Part shown: positions 48,581 to 57,277 of the stretch, in pieces
Numbering within the stretch: position 1 is the stretch's first letter
Layout of the letters: each line of letters starts with the position of its first letter
IMG/VR virus record: IMGVR_UViG_3300047539_000055
Reading direction: 5' to 3' (one strand)
Length of the DNA stretch: 64,000 nucleotides
Origin: a virus
Lineage: Duplodnaviria > Caudoviricetes
Notes under the pieces: generated by a model
The model's database searches: none
The model's input: the letters and a program-made list of their open reading frames with translations, nothing else
What the model was told of the DNA's origin: nothing
Position numbers and translations under genes: made by a program

Positions 48581-49450
48581 GTGATACTAAATCCAAAGAA
48601 ATTTAGCTCGTTGGAGAATCACTTGAAGAATATTCTGACTTTTCTATCCCTATTTTTCGTTTCATCCATCATATCTGTTGCACAAGGTAGTTATGTTGAT
48701 CAATATGCTTCAGATGCTCCGTTTATCAAGAATACACTATATCCAGCAGTAACGTTGTTATACACGCAAGATGACATGGGAACTATGGATATGAGATGTA
48801 CAGCTACGGCTTTTGAAGCCGTTTCTAACGGATATTTATTCTCAACTGCTGCACATTGTGCTGTTGAAAATAGTGCAGAGTCAGATGAATTTGGTAAGAT
48901 TAAAAATGCATCTTTTTTCATTACGTTAGATGAAGCCGCCTCCACTAAGACATTTCTTAAGGCTAATGTAATTGCTTGTGGTAAACAGATAAAAGGCAAT
49001 GATTTTTGCATTATTTACGTGAAGACTGCTAATTTGTTTCCTGTCGTTCCAATTGGTAAGGATGCTGCAAAACTTGTTGGAGAAAGTGTTGTTAATGTAT
49101 CGAGTCCTTTGGGATTGGGTAAGCAAACATTTTATGGTCGTATTACATTGCCAATATTGGACAGATCGGTAGTTGTTGATCAAATGAATTGGACTCATAC
49201 TGTTCTAATGCAGTTACCAGGCACAAATTCTGGATCAAGTGGTTCAGCCATTGTTTGCTTGGAGCAACATGCAATTTGTGGATTTTTGGTTGGAACAATC
49301 GCTGGTTCAACTGTTGTTGCTGTTCCAGTAAGCAGATTTTCAAACTTTTTAACAACGGTTAAAGCTTGTAAGAAAGATGAATTTTTGGAAAACACAAATG
49401 CAGAAGATGTTGCCTTCTCTTTCAAATGCAAGGATGATAAAAAGAAGTAA
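48581..49450 (+). CDS. Trypsin-like serine protease with signal peptide
   Basis: TAAHC, NDF, GSSGS triad; hydrophobic N-terminus; start may be TTG 48623. Confidence 0.8.
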   Translation: MILNPKKFSSLENHLKNILTFLSLFFVSSIISVAQGSYVDQYASDAPFIKNTLYPAVTLLYTQDDMGTMDMRCTATAFEAVSNGYLFSTAAHCAVENSAESDEFGKIKNASFFITLDEAASTKTFLKANVIACGKQIKGNDFCIIYVKTANLFPVVPIGKDAAKLVGESVVNVSSPLGLGKQTFYGRITLPILDRSVVVDQMNWTHTVLMQLPGTNSGSSGSAIVCLEQHAICGFLVGTIAGSTVVAVPVSRFSNFLTTVKACKKDEFLENTNAEDVAFSFKCKDDKKK

Positions 49451-49458
49451 ATACTGGT

Positions 49459-51204
49459 ATGGAATTCAGCCCACAATTCAAAGCATGGTTTGGAAGTTCT
49501 TTGGTTACTGACGCCGAAGATAATCCGCTAAGAGTTTATCACGGATCAAATAGATTAGAAGATATCTCAATATTTAAATCTGAATATAACAATGGATATT
49601 ACTTTACATCCGATCCAAATTATGCAGTGGAGTATTCAGGAACTACAAACATTGGTGCAAAAACGATTCCAGTATATCTTAGATTAGAACACCCGATGGA
49701 CTTCTTTGAATTTAGGGACATCGTTAGGGCAGCAAGAAAAGATGGAAGTGATCCTGTTAAAAAAACCATAAAACTTGGTTATGATGGAGTAATTACAGAT
49801 AAGGCGCATGAATTTGGTTGTCTTGATGTAAAGAATACGCCGAAAACATTTATTGTTTTCAGTCCTAATCAAATCAAATCTGCCATTGGAAATAAAGGAA
49901 CATATAATAGAGAAGACCCAAATATTACAGAATCCAAAGAATTGTTTTCAATTTTTAAAGAATCCAAAGCATTCAGAAATGATTCAATGGTAGAAAAGTA
50001 TTCCGTCAAAGAACTCAGTGAAATCCTGTTCGCAATGATGTTGACCTTACACCTTATTGGAGTTACAGAGCAATCTAAAAAATACTGCCACAATTCATTG
50101 AAATTTCCAAAATTCAATCATATTTTTTTGAGTAGCACAGATTTGGCTAATGCCATCACCACTTTGGTTCACGCAAAAGAGTACCTTGACAAACCAAATG
50201 TTGATGTTCCTGTCAATGAATTAAAAAGATATCTTCGTGGAATTATTTTAGGCACAAATACTGATCAATTTTCTCGTGCATTTTTCTTTCGTTTACAGAC
50301 GAAGCTTCGAATCAAAGATAGTTTGTTATCTACTTTGCGCCGAGAAATTGTTGATGGAAAAATACAAAAAAATAAAAATAAACTTGCAGTCCAGTTATAT
50401 CAATATCTAAGAAAATATAATAATTGTGATTTATTAGTTGTTTTGCAATCCTTGTTGGATGAATCATTAACAGAATCTAAAAAACATATTGCTTCGGAGT
50501 CCGAAATTCGTGCCTATATGGAGATTCTGAAACAAAAATATATTGAATCTGAAGGATCACTTGATGGAATGTGTTATGATGCTTGTTTGGATATGCAAAG
50601 AAAATTTCCTCAACTTCATTGGTTTAAAGGGATGGTAGAAATTTATAATGGTAAACGTTATAGTTGGGTGTCTCATAGTTGGATGGTATCTGATGATGGA
50701 ACTATATACGATCCAACAGTGAGTCAATTTAAAGATGTACCATCATATGAATTTGATGGAGACAAATGTTTGGTACAGAGAATTGATGGGAAACAGGGCA
50801 AATTATTCAAATCTTTAGAAGCAGCAAATAATTCAAAATCTATAACAGAATCTGTTAACCCTTCACAAATGATTTATCATGGAACTTTTGCTCCTCGTGC
50901 TAAACAGATTTTACAAACCAAGTTTTTAAACCCATCCTTGGCCGATACCTATGAATATGGAAAGGCAGTTTGGTTTACTTCAGACTTGGAAGATGCTTGT
51001 GAGTACGCTGGCAATGCTGGTGTTGTATTCATGATGCCAGAAGAAACTTCAAAACAATTTCGCTGTAAAAGAATTGTCTATCGTGATCCAAGCACGAAGG
51101 TAGTTGAACTCACTGTTTTAGTTAAAGAGCCGATTCCATTAAAATTGGTGAAGTATGAACGCGCCAGTGTTCTCCGCAAAACCTATGTAAGTAAATATAT
51201 TTAG
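49459..51204 (+). CDS. Multidomain (polyvalent-type) late protein with ADP-ribosyltransferase-like and Cys-His-Asp domains
   Basis: FKAWFG...PLRVYHGS...YFT...A.EY; GMCYDAC...HSW...YDPT; IYHGT...VWFTSD...EYA. Confidence 0.6.
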   Translation: MEFSPQFKAWFGSSLVTDAEDNPLRVYHGSNRLEDISIFKSEYNNGYYFTSDPNYAVEYSGTTNIGAKTIPVYLRLEHPMDFFEFRDIVRAARKDGSDPVKKTIKLGYDGVITDKAHEFGCLDVKNTPKTFIVFSPNQIKSAIGNKGTYNREDPNITESKELFSIFKESKAFRNDSMVEKYSVKELSEILFAMMLTLHLIGVTEQSKKYCHNSLKFPKFNHIFLSSTDLANAITTLVHAKEYLDKPNVDVPVNELKRYLRGIILGTNTDQFSRAFFFRLQTKLRIKDSLLSTLRREIVDGKIQKNKNKLAVQLYQYLRKYNNCDLLVVLQSLLDESLTESKKHIASESEIRAYMEILKQKYIESEGSLDGMCYDACLDMQRKFPQLHWFKGMVEIYNGKRYSWVSHSWMVSDDGTIYDPTVSQFKDVPSYEFDGDKCLVQRIDGKQGKLFKSLEAANNSKSITESVNPSQMIYHGTFAPRAKQILQTKFLNPSLADTYEYGKAVWFTSDLEDACEYAGNAGVVFMMPEETSKQFRCKRIVYRDPSTKVVELTVLVKEPIPLKLVKYERASVLRKTYVSKYI

Positions 51205-51254
51205 AATCAATAACTTACAATCATATTGACATTCCAGATCAAAACTGATATACT
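51205..51254 (+). promoter_or_regulatory. IHF-consensus site plus sigma70-type promoter of array C
   Basis: AATCAATAACTTA (WATCAANNNNTTR); TTGACA-17-TATACT. Confidence 0.7.
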
Positions 51255-51269
51255 CATTCTAGGTAAAAT

Positions 51270-51473
51270 ATGACCGATAAACAGTTTGTTAAAAACATTT
51301 ATCCTGACGCCAAGGCTCATACAGATTTTGGCGATAATGGTTACGTCGATTGGGCTATTTATAGTCATGCTAGAATCATATCAAAGTTTGTTCCGGAACC
51401 AACAGCAAAAATTGCGTGGAAAAATGCGGTAGCAAGAATTAACGAACAGATGATGGAAAAGTTGGAATCATGA
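51270..51473 (+). CDS. YPDA/KLES-family protein (array C)
   Basis: MTDKQFVKNIYPDA...MMEKLES. Confidence 0.85.
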   Translation: MTDKQFVKNIYPDAKAHTDFGDNGYVDWAIYSHARIISKFVPEPTAKIAWKNAVARINEQMMEKLES

Positions 51474-51664
51474 CCGACAAAGAATTTGTTTTACGAGTTT
51501 ATCCAGAGGCTATGGCTAAAAAAGATTTCTTTACCCATGATTGGGGTATTTGGAATAATGGTTCTTTATTGTCAAAATATGCACCCGAACTAACAGAAGA
51601 TATTGCTTGGGAAAATGCGAAAAAAAGAATTAACAAAGAAATGATGAGAAAGTTGGAATCCTAA
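51470..51664 (+). CDS. YPDA/KLES-family protein (array C)
   Basis: MTDKEFVLRVYPEA...MMRKLES. Confidence 0.85.
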   Translation: MTDKEFVLRVYPEAMAKKDFFTHDWGIWNNGSLLSKYAPELTEDIAWENAKKRINKEMMRKLES

Positions 51665-51861
51665 TGACTGCCAAAGAATTTGTTCTACGAATTTATCCAG
51701 ATGCTAAAGCCAGAAATGATAGTAATCATAATAATTGGGGTGTTTGGGACTATGACAATATCTTACTATCAAAATATGCTGTTGAAGTAACAGAAGAAAT
51801 CGCGTGGCAACACGTAGTTGATAATATCAACAACAAGATAATGAGAAAGTTGGAATCGTAA
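51664..51861 (+). CDS. YPDA/KLES-family protein (array C)
   Basis: MTAKEFVLRIYPDA...IMRKLES. Confidence 0.85.
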   Translation: MTAKEFVLRIYPDAKARNDSNHNNWGVWDYDNILLSKYAVEVTEEIAWQHVVDNINNKIMRKLES

Positions 51862-52175
51862 TGAAGTGGATGCCTTTTGTAAGTCTTGTATTTTCTTTCT
51901 TTTCATTGGGAATGGCATTTTATCTTGGTAAGAAAGCAATTGTGATGCGTAGTGAACAGGTGCTTCCCATTTATGTTGGTGTTCAACTATTTATGTCATG
52001 GGTGAATGGTGTGATATTTTTTAATGATATGAAATTGTATCACCCGATTGAATTAGTCTATGTCATTGGTTTTCCTATTGCCGCCGTATATGGATATTTT
52101 CGCGTCAAGCGTAAGATTCTTGGTGATCAATTTTTAGCAAAGTTGGAGACAGAATATGATGATCCTATTTTGTAG
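51861..52175 (+). CDS. Three-TM membrane protein with FLAKLET tail
   Basis: Hydrophobic segments; KLES-like motif near C-terminus. Confidence 0.7.
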   Translation: MKWMPFVSLVFSFFSLGMAFYLGKKAIVMRSEQVLPIYVGVQLFMSWVNGVIFFNDMKLYHPIELVYVIGFPIAAVYGYFRVKRKILGDQFLAKLETEYDDPIL

Positions 52176-52443
52176 TTCTCTTTTATTTTGGATTCTATGT
52201 GCGATAATGTCGTTCATGTTAGAAAGAGGTTTTGATTTGATTAATTTTCCGTTTAGTAAGCAACCAATGGAAAATCTATTTATAATGTTTATTTTCTTTG
52301 TTGGGCCGTTTGCTCTTATATCATCTATTTCTTGTGGTATAAATCGTAAAAATCTCAAAAAGGCTTTTTTAGCAAATTGGAAGCGATGGAGACACGATCA
52401 TCCAACTAAAGCTGAATGGGTGCTGAGAAAGTTTGAGTCATAA
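52156..52443 (+). CDS. Two-TM membrane protein with LRKFES tail
   Basis: Ends DHPTKAEWVLRKFES. Confidence 0.7.
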   Translation: MMILFCSSLLFWILCAIMSFMLERGFDLINFPFSKQPMENLFIMFIFFVGPFALISSISCGINRKNLKKAFLANWKRWRHDHPTKAEWVLRKFES

Positions 52444-52444
52444 T

Positions 52445-52732
52445 ATGCTTATTGGTATCATAATTTGGAGTCTGTGTAGTATATTAGTGCTGAATCTTAT
52501 GCTTGGTGAGACAGTAGTCAGAGATGATAGTTATTTTGGCTCACTAGAGACTTTACTGATTACGACGGGGATGATGACTTTATTAGGACCACTCGGAATA
52601 ATAGTCATTTTTGTTTGTTGTTTTATTACTCATGATTGGAATTTTCATAATGGGATATATCTATTTTGGAAGAAATGGAAATATGATCATCCAACTAAAG
52701 CCGAATGGGTATTGAGAAAGTTTGAATCATGA
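52445..52732 (+). CDS. Two-TM membrane protein with LRKFES tail (paralog of previous)
   Basis: Ends DHPTKAEWVLRKFES. Confidence 0.7.
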   Translation: MLIGIIIWSLCSILVLNLMLGETVVRDDSYFGSLETLLITTGMMTLLGPLGIIVIFVCCFITHDWNFHNGIYLFWKKWKYDHPTKAEWVLRKFES

Positions 52733-53031
52733 ATCTAATATATTTTGTGAATATTTCCTGTTTGCTAGTGAGTGGTGGTTGGGCAATAACGAAAGTAAAA
52801 CAGGCTTTCAAAAAACTAGATTTAGAGGAATTGTGGGCAGATTCTTTTCTGTTTCTCGGCCCCATAATGTTTTTGGACGGTATAGTATGGAAATTGGCGC
52901 ATTATTCATATTCATATTATGAAGGCGTAATAATTGGAATAATACTTATGCTTTTTGTTATGCAAATAATTGCTGGAAGACTTAAGAAAAAGAGATATCA
53001 ATATGCATTTTTGGAAAAGTTGGAATCTTGA
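52729..53031 (+). CDS. Three-TM membrane protein with LEKLES tail
   Basis: Ends FLEKLES. Confidence 0.7.
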   Translation: MNLIYFVNISCLLVSGGWAITKVKQAFKKLDLEELWADSFLFLGPIMFLDGIVWKLAHYSYSYYEGVIIGIILMLFVMQIIAGRLKKKRYQYAFLEKLES

Positions 53032-53080
53032 GTAGTAGATGAAAATTGGTGGGAAAACAGGTTTTGAAAAGGAGCAACAA

Positions 53081-53482
53081 ATGACGTATGATTTTGGATT
53101 TAACGATGACCTTGATGATGAAGAAGTAGTGGCCGATAACCATTTCCTGATCATGTGGGATGAACTTGGGTTGGATGGCATGGTTTCCGTTGACTATTGT
53201 AAACTGGGCGACGGCGGCGATATGCTTGCCAAATTGGAAGGTGTTCAAAATACTTACGCTCAAGAAATCGGCAGAACTTTGTGTATGTTCAAACTTAGAG
53301 CGCAAGCCAACTCTCAGCGTCATTATGAAATTTATTCTCTGACCACAACTGGTGATATTACAGAGAAATTCATCAAGGATATGTTTGAAAGCAATCCTCA
53401 GAATATCGTTGACCTCATTCGTGAGAAGGGTGTACAGGTGTATTCAAATCGTGTTTCAAAGAAAAGACCAAGGATTGTGTAA
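53081..53482 (+). CDS. Hypothetical phage protein
   Basis: AAGGAG RBS before ATG 53081; LRAQANSQRHYEIY. Confidence 0.7.
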   Translation: MTYDFGFNDDLDDEEVVADNHFLIMWDELGLDGMVSVDYCKLGDGGDMLAKLEGVQNTYAQEIGRTLCMFKLRAQANSQRHYEIYSLTTTGDITEKFIKDMFESNPQNIVDLIREKGVQVYSNRVSKKRPRIV

Positions 53483-53724
53483 TGATAGTTCGTGACAAAT
53501 ACGGTGTGAAATTGGCTGAGAAGGATTGGATAAGGCATTGTTGGTGGGATATTGTCACTGATAAATTTTTCTATGAGGTTGTACAAATCAGAGAATTGAC
53601 TCATTATGGTAATGTATTACCCGATTCAGGAGTAAGATTATTCAGTTCAAATGATTGTGAAAGACTTCCGAAAAATGAAAAAAAGAGAGAACAATTTTTA
53701 TTCCTGAGAAAGCTTGAACAATGA
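53482..53724 (+). CDS. Second small paralog family member (KLE tail)
   Basis: DKYGVKL..KDW...ERLPKNEKKREQFLFLRKLEQ. Confidence 0.8.
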   Translation: MIVRDKYGVKLAEKDWIRHCWWDIVTDKFFYEVVQIRELTHYGNVLPDSGVRLFSSNDCERLPKNEKKREQFLFLRKLEQ

Positions 53725-53981
53725 CAGATAAATTCGGAACGCCATTAAAAGTCGGAGATTGGATACATTATCACTTTTGGAATGCTGTTAATGATGGAGG
53801 TTTTTATGCTTCAAAAATAACAAGGATATGGCCTACCTTTATGCATGAAAACTGTGAGATGGCGTTCTTTATTGATAATGAAGGATATGAAGTACTGCGT
53901 TATGATTACTCTTTAGAAAAACTTCCAAGTAACAAGAAAGAACGAGAGCAACTTATATTTCTCAGAAAGCTTGAACAATGA
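53721..53981 (+). CDS. Second small paralog family member (KLE tail)
   Basis: MTDKFGTPLKVGDW...EKLPSNKKEREQLIFLRKLEQ. Confidence 0.8.
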   Translation: MTDKFGTPLKVGDWIHYHFWNAVNDGGFYASKITRIWPTFMHENCEMAFFIDNEGYEVLRYDYSLEKLPSNKKEREQLIFLRKLEQ

Positions 53982-54229
53982 TAGATATGAACGGTAAACG
54001 AGTACGAGTTGGAAGTTGGTTATTGTATCCATATTGGGATAGTAATAGTGGCCGTTACCGTGGCCGTTGTGTTGGCCAGATTACAAGCTTTTTTACAGGT
54101 GGTGCTGGATTGTCATATGCAGAAATTCGAGACAGTGCAAATCTGAGTTTTCTTGAAAATTCAGAAAGATTGCCATATCAGAAAAAGAAACGCGACGAAA
54201 TTTTGTTTCTGAAGAAGTTGGAAAGCTAA
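53978..54229 (+). CDS. Second small paralog family member (KLES tail)
   Basis: DMNGKRVRVGSW...ERLP...FLKKLES. Confidence 0.8.
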   Translation: MIDMNGKRVRVGSWLLYPYWDSNSGRYRGRCVGQITSFFTGGAGLSYAEIRDSANLSFLENSERLPYQKKKRDEILFLKKLES

Positions 54230-54516
54230 TGCGATTGAAACGAAGCGACAAAAATGGAAAGAGATTGAAAATTGGCGATTGGGTATATTATCCAAAGCTA
54301 AGGCTGTTTACAAATGATTTTGTATATGATTTTTTCGTTGGACAAATTACATCTTTTGGCGAGAATTTGGGTGGATGTTATGTCATACTAACTAATGATC
54401 CCGGAAGATACATTAATTATGTTGAAAAACTCCCGAAAAATGAAAAGAAACGAGAACAGATTGTACTTTTGAAAAAGTTTGAAGGTTGCCACACCATTAT
54501 TCAGCAACCCAAATAG
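54229..54516 (+). CDS. Second small paralog family member
   Basis: DKNGKRLKIGDW...EKLPKNEKKREQIVLLKKFEG. Confidence 0.8.
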   Translation: MRLKRSDKNGKRLKIGDWVYYPKLRLFTNDFVYDFFVGQITSFGENLGGCYVILTNDPGRYINYVEKLPKNEKKREQIVLLKKFEGCHTIIQQPK

Positions 54517-55024
54517 TATCAACCACTCTATAATTCACGACACATTCTTGAACAGCATGAACAACCCCTGACCACCATGGATGAAAATCGTGTCCACAAA
54601 GAATTCCATTCTCTTTCAATAATGGCTTCCACGCTAGAATATCAGCTTTTACATTTTCATAATCATGGGCAGCATCCAGAAAAATCAGGTCAAATTTTTG
54701 ATCAGCAAAATATTTGGCCGCTTCTAACGATGGCATCCGACAAGGTTCTACATTAGTATACAAAGCCATGTTTGATTTGAAGGCATCAAAGATATAGTCT
54801 TCTGACTTACCTTTCAATATTTCGGCATGTTCAACCGATCCTTTCCAGGTGTCAATAGCATGAACGATTCCTAAAGTGTTGGCGGCTATGGCTGAAGTGC
54901 TGCGGCCCATCCATGATCCAATTTCTGCGATGTTTTGGCAATTGCTACCTAAATCTCCCAATAATAGCAATTCTGTATCTGACATCCACCCTTCGGTAGC
55001 CAGCGCTGATGTAATATCTATCAT
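54497..55024 (-). CDS. Class I SAM-dependent methyltransferase (Methyltransf_24-like)
   Basis: EIGSWMGRS, IDTW, DLIFLDAAH.Y, G.LCGHD. Confidence 0.85.
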   Translation of the reverse strand: MIDITSALATEGWMSDTELLLLGDLGSNCQNIAEIGSWMGRSTSAIAANTLGIVHAIDTWKGSVEHAEILKGKSEDYIFDAFKSNMALYTNVEPCRMPSLEAAKYFADQKFDLIFLDAAHDYENVKADILAWKPLLKENGILCGHDFHPWWSGVVHAVQECVVNYRVVDTIWVAE

Positions 55025-55800
55025 GCTAATCTCCTTTTCAATTCTGGTAAAAATTTTTGAATAGATAAGTCTTCCACACCACAATTTAACGCATTGAATA
55101 CACTCCAATCAAATTTATCATCTTCCTTGGGAATATCGGCTCGTCCTCTATTACGTTTTTCAATATACTCATTTTTGCTCTTAGTTAAATAGTGATTTAT
55201 ACGAAATATATTTGATGAGGGATCAGAAGTTGCGCTGGTAATGAAAACGCCATTTTCATTGACCGTGCTTGATGTTGTTTGAAAAAAATGTGGATCGCCA
55301 CCAACTATTACTGGTTGATCTAATCGAATGATACTTTTGATATGTTTATCGCCATAAAATTCTAATGGATGATAAGTAAAACGTTCAATAACTGACCTTG
55401 AATCGTATTCTTCTAATCCAGAACTACCAAAGCATTTCCAATTGATTCCAATTGCTCCTGGTTGATCAATAAAATTTAACATATCTGGGAGTGGCATATT
55501 TGTGGGGCCGAAACAAAATTCATCAACATCAAAAAAACCGGTCCAAATTGGTTTTTGATTATTTTGATTAATAAAATGTTGGTATGCTTGTAATTGACAT
55601 GGTGGATCGCGATCCCACTCTGTAAGATCAACTATTCCTTGATCAATAAATGGTTGTAAAACTTCCAAATAATTATCGGTTGAATTGTTATTATAGAGGA
55701 AAAATTTAGAAAAACCTACGATTTGATGGAAAATTATCCACTCAGAAATATATTTTGCTTCGTTTTTGAAAATGGCACATATAACTAGCGGAACTGTCAT
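55021..55800 (-). CDS. Glycosyltransferase, GT92/GT2-like
   Basis: CAIFKNEAKYISEW..FH...G...YNN.S.D; DVDEF; NHY; TATAAATA upstream. Confidence 0.82.
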   Translation of the reverse strand: MTVPLVICAIFKNEAKYISEWIIFHQIVGFSKFFLYNNNSTDNYLEVLQPFIDQGIVDLTEWDRDPPCQLQAYQHFINQNNQKPIWTGFFDVDEFCFGPTNMPLPDMLNFIDQPGAIGINWKCFGSSGLEEYDSRSVIERFTYHPLEFYGDKHIKSIIRLDQPVIVGGDPHFFQTTSSTVNENGVFITSATSDPSSNIFRINHYLTKSKNEYIEKRNRGRADIPKEDDKFDWSVFNALNCGVEDLSIQKFLPELKRRLA

Positions 55801-55839
55801 AGAATCTCCTGCTTTATTTATAAATCGTCAAAATACTAT

Positions 55840-55894
55840 TTGCTTTTCCTATTCCTATGTGATACACTAAAAGTGTATTGAAGGAAACCAAATG
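55840..55894 (+). promoter_or_regulatory. Sigma70-type promoter/palindrome cassette, copy 2
   Basis: TTGCTT-17-TACACT; ATACACT-AAA-AGTGTAT; GAAGGAAAC RBS. Confidence 0.65.
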
Positions 55895-56101
55895 CATATA
55901 ATGAAACCAATTTGGTTAGCTACCGTAGATAAGATTCCTAGCTTATCAATAGTGGGTCATGAAATTTGTGATCCAAAACCACTTACTAGCGAAGAAGTTT
56001 GTGATATGTGGGAATGTCTCAAAAAGAGATGTGAAGTGTTAGAAGCAGAGAATAAAGACTTAAAGATATTAGGAGAAGTATGGCACATGCCCAGCAATTA
56101 A
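55892..56101 (+). CDS. Hypothetical protein
   Basis: ORF behind the promoter cassette. Confidence 0.55.
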   Translation: MHIMKPIWLATVDKIPSLSIVGHEICDPKPLTSEEVCDMWECLKKRCEVLEAENKDLKILGEVWHMPSN

Positions 56102-56616
56102 ATTTTATCGGTTCTGTTAACTCAAAATTTCCCAATCATTTTACCAAACAAAAAGTTCTTGAGATTGGTTCTTATAATGTCAATGGCTCTGTTCGTTCAT
56201 TTTTCAAGGATTGTGATTATCTTGGTATTGATGTTGCAGAAGGTAAAGAAGTTGATCTTGTTTGTAAGGGAGAAGAATTTAATGCGGAAGGTGGTTCATT
56301 TGATGTAGTTATTTCTTGTGAATGCCTTGAACATAATCCAGAATGGATTGACACCTTTGCCAATATGATTCGTTTGACGCGGCCCGGTGGATTGGTGATT
56401 ATGACATGCGCTACTGTTGGTAGAGCAGAGCATGGAACTACAAGAACTACTCCTTTGGATTCTCCTCTAACAATTAGTCTGGGATGGGATTATTATCGTA
56501 ATCTTGTGGTGGATGATTTTACGTCAAATTTTGATCTGGATGCCAATTTTGAAGAGTATGAATTTGTGCTAGAAATCATGAATCATGATCTGTATTTCTG
56601 GGGTATAAAGCAATAA
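56080..56616 (+). CDS. Class I SAM-dependent methyltransferase (Methyltransf_11-like)
   Basis: VLEIGS, GID, FDVVISCECLEH, RPGG. Confidence 0.85.
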   Translation: MAHAQQLNFIGSVNSKFPNHFTKQKVLEIGSYNVNGSVRSFFKDCDYLGIDVAEGKEVDLVCKGEEFNAEGGSFDVVISCECLEHNPEWIDTFANMIRLTRPGGLVIMTCATVGRAEHGTTRTTPLDSPLTISLGWDYYRNLVVDDFTSNFDLDANFEEYEFVLEIMNHDLYFWGIKQ

Positions 56617-56630
56617 AGAAAAGCTAAGCT

Positions 56631-56665
56631 AAAAGAAAAGGCCCACAAATTGTGGGCCTTTCTTG
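56631..56665. terminator. Bidirectional rho-independent terminator
   Basis: AAAGGCCCACA-aat-TGTGGGCCTTT between convergent genes. Confidence 0.8.
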
Positions 56666-56680
56666 TTGTGTTTGTAAAAC

Positions 56681-57169
56681 TTAGAATGTTACGCCTACTG
56701 GGAAACCGTTTGACTGACCGCCCAATGGACCAGGTTGTGGTGCGCCTACGGTGATAGCCGCTACTGTTACGCCAGCCACATTTACATTTGACCACGGAGC
56801 GGAAGCCGAACCGTTGCCAGTTGCAATTGTTCCAAGAGCCTGAATTGCGGTCTGGAGAGCAGTTGCGTTAGCTGCGTTAACACCTGTGGTAAGCAAACGA
56901 ACACCAATATTTGCATTGCCGCCGTTTTGACTAAGCAAAACGCAGTTGGCAGTAAGTGAGCCAAGAACTTCAATTGATGCGACCTGTTCAATGGTTTGAA
57001 TAACTACTGGCCATGCACCGTTTGGTCCCACGTTCCATGCACTGGTAATGTTTGCTGTTGCTGGAATAGTTCCGTTGCCAAAATTGATTTCAACGTAGTC
57101 AACGTTCTTACCGAATACTGAAATAGCGTTGCCATCAATTGCTGGATTTACTTTGTAAAGCTGTGCCAT
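56681..57169 (-). CDS. Probable virion structural protein
   Basis: A/G/N/T-rich; TAAATA, AGGAG RBS and own terminator. Confidence 0.55.
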   Translation of the reverse strand: MAQLYKVNPAIDGNAISVFGKNVDYVEINFGNGTIPATANITSAWNVGPNGAWPVVIQTIEQVASIEVLGSLTANCVLLSQNGGNANIGVRLLTTGVNAANATALQTAIQALGTIATGNGSASAPWSNVNVAGVTVAAITVGAPQPGPLGGQSNGFPVGVTF

Positions 57170-57277
57170 AATATTACTCCTAAAACTGAATTTCGAGCTA
57201 TTACACTCGTTATGAATCTATTTATCCTTGAAAGAAAAAAATCTCCGTTATTAGCGAAAAAATAACTAAATAAGGCT

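Noticed and set aside
53222-53241. Internal MLAKLEG resembling the KLES tail
   Set aside because: Single mid-protein occurrence with no stop or restart; may be chance.
21005-54516. Diversity-generating retroelement or classical integron behind the paralogs
   Set aside because: No reverse transcriptase, no template/variable pair differing only at adenines, no tyrosine integrase and no attC-like hairpins seen in this window; such enzymes elsewhere in the genome cannot be excluded.
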